Shown here: in pieces, positions 39,295 through 51,965 of the stretch
Layout of the letters: each line of letters opens with the position of its first letter
Numbering within the stretch: the first letter of the stretch is position 1
Source of the DNA: Antedon mediterranea
Lineage: Eukaryota; Animalia; Echinodermata
DNA length: 64,000 bases
Direction of reading: 5' to 3'
NCBI RefSeq assembly: GCF_964355755.1
Contig: NC_092674.1
Location: 31,062,001 to 31,126,000, forward strand
Notes under the pieces: generated by a model
What the model saw: only the letters and a program-made list of their open reading frames with translations
Told to the model about the DNA's origin: nothing
The model's database searches: none
Translations under genes and position numbers: made by a program

Positions 39295-40707
39295 CTGTTT
39301 AAACACAAAAAAATAATAATTTTAAAATTACTAAAAACTAAATAAAAGAAAGAAATTACTTTCAATAGAAGTCCACAACGATGACTGACCACAATATTGA
39401 CCATGTTAAATACATATTATACAGTTTTCTTAGCCCTCATGCAGTATTACATAAAACTGACCAGTGCCACAAGTGCTGGGATGGATTGAATGGTCATTTT
39501 GGAACAATTACGGAAGCCATGCCAGAAGCAGCATTTTCCAACTCAAAAAAAAAACAAAATCATAAAAATAAACATTGAGAATTGTATACTTAGGGAACCC
39601 AATAATGATGAGGTTATTTAAGCCTGGTACGTAAGCATGCTTTGGTGTGTTAGTTGTTTCCCTAACTAAATATTGCGTAATATCTATTTCGTGCGCTAAA
39701 AATGAACTAAAAATGTCAGAATTTATTTAAATTTCTATGACTATGTGGACAAGTTCACGAATCTTCCCATTTGTGTATTTGAAAAATAAGTGAAAGGTAT
39801 AATGAAGTGAGTAGACTATAGAAGCATTGTTACAGCATCGGCAACGAAAATTGCAGTTACGTGGGAAAATACAGAGGAGTTCTACACATCCGTACTCACC
39901 GTTTATTGTCTTAAGACAAAGTAGTCTAATACAAGCATCGGAGCAAAGGAAAGAGGAAAAAAAATTGCCTTTACACATAAACTATTTCACAGGGATGTTT
40001 TCAAATTTCTAGGCTAGCAAATGCTATGGTTTATCACAAAACATGAAGTTTCAACAGCAGATACACGACACACAAAGACGTTTTTTCAGCCAAAGAATTT
40101 CAATTTTTACGGTCTAAAAAAAAATCAAATTAGTAGTCTACTGCAAGAATGTGAGAAAATTGAATTAGTAAATCAATTTTGATTATTTTAAAAAGTGTTA
40201 TGGAATTCAACGCTTCCTCAAGAACATGGACAAGCAATAAAAATTATTTTACCTTCCTGTTTTCATTTCTTTTAATGAATTTTAATCAATTTCTCACATT
40301 TTATGAGCAAACTACTACTGATATTTATACGCAATACAAGTTTATCATTGATTTTTTTTTATTAAATGTCCAGCAGTATCCATGGAAATAGTTTGTAACG
40401 TTTTTACTTCTATAAGAGTCGCGTTTATATTTACCAATACAATCTGAAATTTGTGGAAAGTTTACTCGGAAAGTGGGTCAGCCAATGGTTATTTGATTAA
40501 TGCGCGGTAGATCCTTTACTAGAAAGGAATTGAAATTTTGTTTGTGTGTGTCGTACTATGTGACTAAATCATCAGTGCATGAATGGGTTTTTATTACTCT
40601 CTCAAATAATGTTTGACGATAACACTATCACATTTCTTGATCATACCTATGGATCGGAAACATAATCTGTCCAAAAGAGTTGTTCAAGAAACATATGATT
40701 TACTTAC

Positions 40708-40867
40708 TTTTCAGAGCATTTCTCGGGTGGTTACGGCCAATCTCGTGTCTACCATAAGCATCATGTTCGCTGTCGCCGTGTCCGCTGTCGCTGCTGGGAT
40801 CCATTTCTGAGTTGCTACTCATGCTGTCTGCATCATTGATTTTTAATTTATACAACAATCTTTGTAC
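40708..40867 (-). CDS. Protocadherin coding exon 2 (160 bp) containing CM1 motif
   Basis: Acceptor TTTTATCTTACAG|GTACAA is phase 0 and matches exon 1. Donor A|GTAAGT is phase 1. Encodes VQRLLYKLKINDADSMSSNSEMDPSSDSGHGDSE..., and DSGxGDSE is the delta-protocadherin CM1. Confidence 0.9.
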
Positions 40868-43800
40868 CTGTAAGATAAAACATTTTTTTATAAGCATAAT
40901 CTTAAAAATCATTTTCAAGTTGAATAAATGAGACCGACTAATAGTACCATGGGGCTGACTGAAAGTTATAGATATGTAGGAGGTGGGATTATACCCAGAA
41001 TGCATTTACCAAACTCTGTCCAAATTTATATTATACTCAGTCATAAACAGTAATATGTAAATAAGTCCTTTACTGCGCCTCTTTCAAAATTAAAAAAGCA
41101 ACATATTACAGACATTGTAGACAAAACTATTTTTCATCTATATATTGCATAATAAATTTGTTTATATAATTTTGAAATTAATATTTTCTCTCGGCAGCAA
41201 TGCAGATCTTACAGAGATAAAAAATGCTTTATATCATGTATGTAGTTTCACACACTTTATTTTCCAAATAGCAATTATTTGTAGCTTTCAAATCATATTC
41301 TCCATAGAATATATAACCAGTGTTTAATTTCATTTCTATCATGACACTTTAATGGAAAACAAAGTGCATACGGTCTTACTCAACGCGCATATATATTATT
41401 ATCTAAAAATAACTAATTGCGTTCATCCATTTCGAAGCAGAATATAACAGGGGTTTCCATTGCTTAACTTGTGAACAAGCATTTTCATTGGTTAACTACT
41501 CTACGATTTTCCCTTTCCATGTACCGCTAATTGCTTCCTTCTTATATTAAAAAATATAACAAAGGCTAGAAATGAACAAAAAGGACAGTGACCACTGAGT
41601 AACACATGCCAATCTCTTTGAAAATTGAACTTGTAATTTCTTGTCCAAATTCAAGGATTTATTTGTTCTTTATATAATTTGATAATAGTTGTAATTATTT
41701 AGTTTGTAAATAGGCCTATTAAATCATTTTCACTTTTATTTTACTTACTCTGGGCTCACCTTCATTCAAGAAGTGTGCCACTGTTTCAAATGTGTAGTTT
41801 TCAAATAGATTAATCATTATTATTTATTATTTCTATATTATATGAAAAGAAAATTTCACAAATTCTTATTGTGTTTTTTTCTTCCATAAAAACCTGAATT
41901 ATCATGAATATTACTGTAATGATCTTGCAATATATGTAACAATTTAATCTTGTTAAATTTAATATATTCTCAAAACATAAACATGTTTTCTTAGACGCTC
42001 GTTAGGGGTAGACATTTTGATTACCTAACTGAAGCCCATGTGAAGCACTTTAATGAACCAATGCTTGTTATCATACAAAACAAATATGTAAGAACGGCGT
42101 TAGGCATGATATTGATCAAAGAACGAAAACATTAATATCATCAACATAACAGCAGTTTTACATAATGACTTAGTTCTGAATGAATGCACCGTCATCGCTA
42201 TGGGTTATAATTTCAGGATGATCAAGAAGAGTTTGAACACAAAAGATTATTTGTTGCGGTTTCTTTTTAAATGCAACTTTAATTGATCAATTACAGAACT
42301 TATATTTACATTAATTGTCGTCATATCATGCCTATTTAACACTATTTATACTTGAATCAAGATAATCATATCGCAATAATTTATTCAATATTAATATTAC
42401 AACCTAAAGCGTTGTAATAATCCATCTACTGTATGCTTGCGTTGAAAAAAAAATCCGCATTCAAATAAAAAATGTGTACATTTACATACCAGAGATATGT
42501 CAAACTATCAAAATATACATCCAAACATTCTGTGTGCATGATTGTATTTTACGATTCTGTTTTATAATGTTGGACAGTTTCTAGAATTACCATCAGTTTT
42601 ATGCCGCATAATTTTAACCTAAATTTTATATCGGCTTCTTTAGTACTATCAAATGATGCGTAGTTGTTAAATCAAGCAAAGGTATACCTAGTAAGCCATA
42701 TCTAATGGCTTGTAAACTATGAATTTTGTGTCACAGGCTACAAAACGACTTCCTGACAATTTCTACTGTATATAACTAAACATTAAATAGAAGATATTTT
42801 TAACATGGTACTAGATTAAGTCCAAAAGGAAGTTTTCAGAATAAATCTTAGCTCATTATTGACAAATTGATACTTTATATATATATTCAATTGTATAGTT
42901 TCAATAGTTTTGTTATTCTTAAATAGTATAAAAAGGGGAAATTTTATTTCCTATGGTCAGGTTTTTAGTTTTCATATTTTATTAAAAAAAATGTCTGAAT
43001 TAATTGAGACTCAGTTGTAATAAATTTTCTAAACTAGAGATGATAATTATGGGACCTTTTAGAACTTAGTAGTTTTGCGAGTCACTTCTTGTTTCCATGG
43101 CAATATTCACCTGTATATTGATGTGTTCCAACTACTAGTTTAATTGAATCTTTATCAAAAATAAGTTAAAGATATTATTTATGATATTATGTTATTACTA
43201 ACCTTCACGTTGAGTCATTTTTAAGGATTAAATTTAAATATGTTTTTCATGAAGTGAAATAAATAATTATGTTTTTAATACCAAATTCCCTTATGAAGAT
43301 TATGAGGAAACCTTCCATTCATTTTCCATAATAGCTTTAAAAGTATTATTGAGTGAAATCATAAATCAATCTCGTTTTTTATTTAGAATTCAATTTATGA
43401 AAAAAGAAATATAATTGTTGTACTTAGATGACCTGTAACTTTATTGGGAGATAGTTGAGGGGCAAGTTGAGTGCAATTGAGGTATACAAGAAGATATTAG
43501 TTTTTTCCACAGTAAAAGTTGTATATATATAATTGATGAGTATGTGTCTGTATAGTTACAGCCTCTTTATTTTACCATGTTACAATTTTTATTTATTGTA
43601 TCGTGCTTAAAATGAAATAAAATAAATATCATTTCAATAAGGTTTATATGCACATATATAGTTTGTAACATACTGTAATGTCCAGATATATAATTATATT
43701 TTTGTTTAAGCCAATGTCATTTGTTTTCAAATGAGAAAATACAATATATTATAATGGGTACTAGGATGTTGATGCATGTGATCATGTTGAAGTCACCGCT

Positions 43801-45064
43801 GCTGTGGACCACACGGGAGCAACCCTGCTCCTGGCTAACTTAAATTAGGCTAGCAATAGGATTCAGAATCTGAAATTCGATAGAAGCTCATAAGCAATAA
43901 TTATGATTTTATAGATATCTGGAGGCATTCTTAACACCATGTGACACCAAAGACAATATCGAGGTCAGAAATAACTTTAACAAGTAGCACTGCTTAAACT
44001 TAACAACACAACAGGGAACAATAACTTCAAATGTAATAATATCTGCAACAAAACACAACAAAAACTTTGAATCAGACACGTAGGCCTAACTATCTTCAGT
44101 GGATATTGTGCTGTTGTCGTTTATTTGTTTGATATATTGCAAATTCATAGAGGATCGTTGTCCATTAGCAAACCTGTATTGTATGTGAAATGATAACTTG
44201 TGACGCGAATAAACCTTTAAACCTTTATCTAATAACAAATAATAAATGCTTTTGAATTTCATCTGTACTTGATTTATAAAAATCTAAACGATTTTAGATT
44301 ACAGAAGAGGAAAAGATATTTGACAGTTGTAATAACCAGCCTGTTTTAATTTTGCTTTATCAGCACTGAAATTTAAAATTGGAAACAAAAATTAATTTGA
44401 TGTCAAACGAACGACAGATTTTTAAAAAAAATCCACAATAAATATGAAGTTAAAACTTTAGAAATATTAATTTAACCTTTACTGTTATCATTGAAATTGA
44501 CACCAACAATATTAAAGTTTCAGATGGATAGAAATCCTAATTAATATTAACAGGGAGGTCCGAGGTGCAATTCTCACTTTGTAAGTGTTCCAATTTGCAA
44601 CAGGATTATATATATTAATTGCATGCTGTGTTTGCATATTATTGTACAGCTCTCAGTTGTTTATATATTGGTCTCCATGCATATTACAAATTAATACTTG
44701 TGCATAATCTCGATCAACAACCTCAAGTTCGACATGATTAAAATGAATTTTTTGGAATGCAGAATAATTTCAAACTCATATGATTAATTTGTCAAATAGC
44801 AGTGGTTAAATTTTTTACATTTGTCACATGTCATTTTACATCTTAAATGTGACAGATACATTATCTGACTCACAAGAATATTTTTCAATATATTTTTTTT
44901 CTGTGTCTGACATAAATTTTATACATTTTTCTGTTAATAAATATTAATTATTATTTCTTCATGAACTGTCTTCATATACTAGGTCAGCAATTATCAACTT
45001 TCATACTTCTTGTTATCATCATATTAACATTATTTAAATAGATAAAGTAACTTATAGTATTTCA

Positions 45065-45280
45065 GTATATTTTAAATTTAAAATCACATTAAGTTGTTAA
45101 TCTGTTAAAATAACAGACTTAAGTATATTTAATTCAAAATCACATTAATTTATCGTTTATAATAACAGACTTAAATATATTCAATTTAAAATCACATTAA
45201 TTTATCGTTAAAATAACTGACTTAAATATATTCAATTTAAAATCACATTAATTTATCATTAAAGTAACATTAATTTATCA
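45065..45280. repeat. AT-rich tandem repeat, unit about 52 bp, about 4 copies
   Basis: The CACATT of AAATCACATTAA recurs at 45085, 45141, 45193 and 45244. Confidence 0.85.
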
Positions 45281-48200
45281 CATAATATTTCTTCGTTCAA
45301 TCTTGAATATTTACAACTTTGCTGAATGTCATTTAAAACAATAAGATGAATGTTTGAACAAAGAAAGCTGCTGTTGACAAGACAATATACTGATTCTAAA
45401 CAGAACGAGCAATTTAAAAAACTATGTTGAACCTAATTGATAGCAATTTCCCTGACTTTCTCGCGTGTAGACTTAAACGATCCGAAATGCTTTAAGCCAC
45501 TATTATGAAGTTCAAACTAACGTATGGAGTTATATCATTAATGCTCGTCAACGGTGTGCTAAATTATGCGAACACCTAATTCAAATTTTGAAATTTTAAG
45601 ATCGTCGGTGTTTTACAGAGTCTGATAATACTCGAGGGAGTCATAAAAATATGCTCATTTGCATACAAAATAGATTGAGGTTTTATTAAGTACTGAAAAT
45701 ATGGAGGACGAATCGGTTGTATTTTTTTGCCGAACATGTTTTGTAGAGTACGGTTTGTAGTTTACTCTAATTACGTTTGTACTATTTAATGATGCACATG
45801 ACTCAATCCACGAGGGATATAAGTCATTGTTGATACCTCATCTATTAATAATCTTGATTAAAGCTCTTTTTTATCATTTAAAAAACAGAAAATGATTAGG
45901 AATTGTCTTACTGTAAATAATAGCAGTGTTTACGATAAAATACAGATACAGATTCCTTTTATTATTCAATATAATGGAAATTACAGTACAGTGCTCATAT
46001 CTTGGCTTGCCTTAAATGAAAATAAGGGGAAAAAAGAACTAAAATATATAAACAGTACTAGAAGCTATTTACTGAACTTTTACTATACTTAAATTTCAGC
46101 GTACTAGGCTTTATTTATACATTTTTATATCTTTTCACCAATTTTTGCTGCATTTATTGCTTTTAAATAATGTTTTTTTTGTTACAAACTAACATATCTT
46201 GATGGATGTCATTCGCGTATGGTATCTTGTATTCTTATCACACATACAATCTTATAATTATACTGTAAGAATAAAAAGTGTGGCTTTTATTTGAAATCAT
46301 ATAATAAACCTGCTTTTGCCTAGGGGGCTAAGTAATCCTTAAACACTCAGGAACAGGAAATGTCAGATTAGCATTGGTCTGAAAGATCATAAACAAATAC
46401 TATGATCATTCTCCTCCCCAGGGTCAAGCATTAAGCAATCTATTGCAATACGTTTTGTGCAAACATCAATATTTAAAAGTATGTGTGTACATATGAAACG
46501 AGCATTAACTCGCTCAAACGTTTATTCTACATACGTTACGCTTCAACTTGTCAATCACCTCAGTCAATCGATAATTCTTGTTCTACAGTTAGAAATCAAC
46601 AAAGAACTTGGAAGCATTCAGTATTGAATACTGTGATGTTTAGTAAAGCAATAACCAGGGCCTCAAATATCCAATTTGTTTGCCCTACTTTGCAAATAAA
46701 TATACCTTGTCATTCTTGTACATTGATTGGTGAACTGGAGTTATTTAAGTTCATTGATGTTAGTTTAAGTAAAAGACTCACGTTTGTACTTTAACAGATT
46801 ACAACAGCTCAATGTTGTTGACAGCGAATATGTATTGATGGGTCAATAATAAATATTTTTAAAAAGTCAAGCACTCAACCAATTCAAATTTGGTTAAACT
46901 CCCTAAAGTTTTTTAAAATTCCCAGAAGTGTTTAAGATTTGGATGAACCAGTTTTATTATGTGTCTAGAGACTAATGAAATCTAATTATTTCTTATATTG
47001 AAAAGATAAGTTATATTTACAGTATATTGCTAGATATAGAATATAGAATACTGTTCTTGTTTCCCAGTTGGCTAACACTCTAAATCATCATTACTGTAGA
47101 AAATGTCAATAAGATTAAAATAAGGATCCAAGTTTGATTTTTTTTTTTATTTAGGAGGACGGAAGCATTAGGATTAAATAGAACATTAATAACAACTTTT
47201 AGCAGCGTTTTTTAAAGAAATATTTCTTGTTCATTCTAGACTATACGTTTTTAAGCAAGACAAATAAAATGCAAACACAATTTAACACTAGGCTATGCAA
47301 GTATTTGGCCTAGCCGCTTCAATATAGGTTATCAGAGTGCAAGAACCTCTATTTACATATACAATACAAGGATTATAGATTTATTTTTGTTCGGGGGACC
47401 AAAATTAATTATTTTGTACTATAAAGCCAAAATTATAAATTTCTTTGCTTAAGACTTGCCCGTAAGGTGTAGAAGAATACAGTATTAAAATGTGTATTTT
47501 GATTGCAGTCTATCACAAAGCCAAACTCATTCAACCAATTAGTAATTGACTTGAATAAAACTGAAAGCTGTATTTTATGCTTTTCTAGTAATTGCCAAAT
47601 TTGGGATTAAATATAACAAAACAGTGATTTCACACTCGAATGCTTGACAGTTTTTTCCCTACCATGTGTGAATTAAAAAGCTGGTTGTAATGAAAGTCTC
47701 AGTAACCAAAAACTAGTAATTTAGTAACATTAGCACAAAAGAAAACGTCAGATTGGAATGAAATTGAAACCAAAATTCTCTACTGGCTTGAAACTAAATC
47801 GTTGTTAATTAGCTCGCCATCTATAACATGGTCTTCAAGAAAGAAACCAAAGTTGTGTCTAAAGTTGTTTGTTCTCTTCTCAATTAATTTAAAAACCATG
47901 ATACGATCTTCAAATTGAGGAAATTGAAGTCAACTCTGAAAAAAGTTATTTTGTAAAACGGTAATTATTTCAGACAAGTAAAGTCTTTGTTTTGGCGCCA
48001 ATACCAAACTTAGTTAGGTTATCACATTAGCTAACTGTCAGAACTACAAGGAATTCAAACTTGTTAATTAGTATAGCTGCTTATCACAATGAGAATTTAT
48101 ACTATTTTATCAATACCCATTAACCGTTTCAAAATATCAATTTTATTTCATCAAAACAAAGGATGAATTCATTCATTCAGATTTGTTGTTGCGCAAGATC

Positions 48201-49227
48201 ATTAGGTAGTCGCTTAAACCATGAAGACACACTAACAGACAAACCACACCTATAAGTGCCATTGCATTGTCCAAATTAACTGCGGCCGAATGATTGTGTA
48301 CTGTTTGCTAAGTGGAAGTTGGTTCTGTCGGAAAGGCATTGTGATTTGGTAGGTGGATCAATAGCGTCCGATTGAATCCTCGTAATGCAATTAACAATAA
48401 CAACCAAAAGTGAATTTTCTCACATTTGTATCGCGCATTGACACTGCTTTGTTGATTCACGATTCTAAATGAACTCCAATCAAAACATATTTTTCTCACA
48501 GATTTGACTTTGATTGGAGCAAATCTTTAATCCAATAATAATTGAGAAAGATTTCTCTTAAATTGATAATTAAACAGATAATTGTTTGTTATTACTATCT
48601 GACCTCAAATAAATAATTATTCAATTTCAAATAGATTATATTTTTAATTAAGCAGTATTATCTTTAAAAATTCATTTATTTCATGTATTTATTCCACTAT
48701 TCTTCTTCTTAATATTATTATTTTATAAATAAGTACTACTCTATTATTATTTTTTATTGTTATTATTTAAAAATTTCACTCAACATCTATATTCAAGGAA
48801 TATATGGCCCTAATATATTATTCACAAGATACTTTCATACCCTACTTTGTATGCATAAGATTCATTCTTTTAAATTCAAGGCACATATTTTGTGATAGCT
48901 TGTTAATTTACCGAAAGATCTTCGACTTAAAAATTCAAATTTCCAACGGCGTATATTCAAATTCCGAGCTTTTTGCCAATTTGTCTAATTTTGTTATTCG
49001 TAAAATAATGAGCAAGATTATATTTTTTGACAGAAGTTATTGCGATGTTTTCGGTAGCAATATAAATGCAGAATCACACAAGCTACACATAAATAACTTA
49101 CTTGGTAGTAATAATAATAGAGGCTGACTGTGATGATAAATGCTCATATTTTTCTTTTAGGGATGGTGTCAACATTGTGCAGTTATAAGGGCATCCTATA
49201 AATTGTTTGCACCATTGAAACATTATA

Positions 49228-49885
49228 GTAGAATTACTGCAGTAAAATTACAAATACTGCAGCATCTACAATACTGTGCAACTACAATTATTGCAGCACT
49301 GTAGTAGAATTACTGCAGCAATAGTAAAATTACTGCAGCACTGTATTAGAATTACTGAAGCACTGTATTAGAATTACTGTAGCACTGTATTAGAATTACT
49401 GCAGCACTGTATTAGAATTACTGCAGCACTGTATTAGAATTACTGCAGCACTGTATTAGAATTATTTCAGCACTGTATTAGAATTACTGCAGCACTGTAT
49501 TAGAATTATTTCAGCACTGTATTAGAATTACTGCAGCACTGTATTAGAATTACTGCAGCACTGTATTAGAATTACTATAGCACTGTATTAGAATTACTGC
49601 AGCACTGTATTAGAATTATTTTAGCACTGTAGTAGAATTACTGCAGCACTGTATTAGAATTTCTGCAGCACTGTATTAGAATTACTATAGCACTGTATTA
49701 GAATTACTGCAGCACTGTATTAGAATTATTTCAGCACTGTAGTAGAATTACTGCAGCACTGTATTATAATTACTGTAGCACTTATTAGAATTACTGCAGC
49801 ACTGTATTAGAATTACTGTAGCACTGTATTAGAATTATTTCAGCACTTTATTAGAATTACTGCAGAACTGTAGAAGAATTTCTGA
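49228..49885. repeat. Minisatellite, 22-bp unit GTATTAGAATTACTGCAGCACT, about 27-30 copies (intronic)
   Basis: 22-bp period directly visible, degenerate at the left edge. Confidence 0.95.
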
Positions 49886-50269
49886 AGTGAGAATAATTTG
49901 TGTTTTCTGAGAGATTAATGAAACAAGATTGGAACATCTCATGATTAATTACTTTCAGTAACAAAATAATTATAAGTTGCTTATTATAGGACAAAGTTAA
50001 TCAGGCAATACAATCAGCTTTGTGAATGAGGCTGATTAAAATAAAATATAAATACACACGCATTAACTCCCGAATGATTACTACCACTAATAACATTCAT
50101 GAAATTTTAAGTACGGCTTAAGACTGTCAAATTGCAATCAATGGAGACTTGGCTATATAACATACTAGTTCAAATGATATTTAGACAAGGTAATAATAAA
50201 TGTAGAAACTAATAAAGCCAATGAACTGCAGTACCAAAACTAACAGATCTTAAAAAAACCTCCTACAGC

Positions 50270-50422
50270 CTCTGTCTACACTATCAAACTTTATGTGACA
50301 AAAAATGTGTCCATATATGGGCATGATGATGTCATATCACTACCATATTTGTGCATTTCACCTCCATATTTGGGTACATCGTACTTTTTTTGTCAAACTA
50401 GTTTGATAGTGTAGACAGAGCT
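50270..50422 (+). mobile_element. MITE family A, full-length copy (intronic)
   Basis: CTCTGTCTACACTATCAAACT ... AGTTTGATAGTGTAGACAGAGCT with 2 internal units. Confidence 0.9.
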
Positions 50423-50995
50423 TTTGATGAGAATTTGCTAAAGTGTATAACACTGTATACCATAATTGGTCCTTGAGTGTACTACTACAGAAGGATCATT
50501 TTCAGCTTTGTGCTTCGTGCTGGACTCACTTCTTTCTAATATCAGAGTTGTTTTTTATTTGTTACATATTTATTCAATGCAACATCTAGTGTTTTTTTTT
50601 TCAGACTTTTATTAGGCTCTAACAATTGACCTATTAATGGAATGATATATTGATATATTTTGTTCAACCGATCAATAGGTTTTGAATAGTGTGTTACCGG
50701 TACTAAGTACAATGATTACATCTTATAAGACCTGCTATTCACAATGTAACTCATTTCTAACGTTACTTGGGATCTAAACAACTGTATTGTTCTACAGCAT
50801 TATTTAAACATTGATTTATTGATTATACCTTGTCATTCTATTGTACTACTTTCTATAGTGTTACAGTTTAATGTTGCCTAATACTCTAGCCCTTATTATT
50901 AGAAAACAACAAGCATCATTGATTTTGAATTATCTCCTATCATCTTGATGTAGGCCTACACTTGCTTCGATTTTTGATAATGATACAAAACAGCC

Positions 50996-51056
50996 CTATT
51001 CTTCCCCCATTTGTCTATTCTTCCCCCATTTGTCTATTCTTCCCACATTTGTCTAT
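50996..51056. repeat. 19-bp tandem repeat x3 (CTATTCTTCCCCCATTTGT)
   Basis: Directly visible. Confidence 0.85.
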
Positions 51057-51824
51057 GCTAAAAGGAACTCGACAGAATTTACATGGCATCTATGTAGTGA
51101 CTCTCTTTTCTAGATAGTTATTCACTTAATATTGGTAAAAAGATAAATATTTTGGCACACAAGGCGTTTCATACCTATAAAAAAAGTCATAGAGATTACA
51201 TACAGTAGTCTACTGTACATTTGATAATCAATATTATATTATTTCTATATTTCCTTATATTTACATATTTCTAGCATATTATGTCATTCATTCTGCCACA
51301 ATTACATTTATTTAAGTATAATACTTAAAGTTGATTGGTGGAGCTTCCTATTGGTTGTTGATGTGAATTTCATTTTATTATTCCTAATTTTATGCTCACT
51401 CTATGTAGTAGCTTTATTGAAAATAAATAATTTATACTACCTTCATAACTACACCTTTAAAGTGATCATCGTTTGAATGCATTTCAAACCTGTAGGCATA
51501 TACACATCAGCAGCAATTGACCATATCATCACAAGTCCTACATCTAGTCTATAAATATTTGAACTCCACGTTTTTTTGTATTTTTCATCCCATATACTCT
51601 TTAATTTGATTGTTTTTTTTGTGGTGAACACTACATATTAATTACAAATAGATGATAGATAAGAGGAATATGAACGATGGCGTCATACATCATGCTGTTG
51701 AATGCAACCTTGATACTATAAATTATTATTATTACACAAGTTTTTAATATATAAATATTAAACTGACTTATATTTATATATAACAATAAAAAAAATAGTA
51801 CAGTAGTAATACTAGTCACAATAG

Positions 51825-51965
51825 AGCTCTGTCTACACTATCAAACTATATATGAAAAAAAAATGTGATGTGCCTATATATGGACATGATGATGTCATAT
51901 AACTACCATATTTGAGCATATAACTACCATATTGGGCACATCACATTTGTCAAACTAATTTGATA
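51825..51965 (+). mobile_element. MITE family A copy with truncated right TIR (intronic)
   Basis: Left TIR is intact and the interior matches. The right end decays after TTTGATA. Confidence 0.85.

Noticed and set aside
49161-49230. WCQHC thioredoxin-like motif after an AG acceptor on +
   Set aside because: No donor was found, the frame runs into a minisatellite, and there are no other thioredoxin features.
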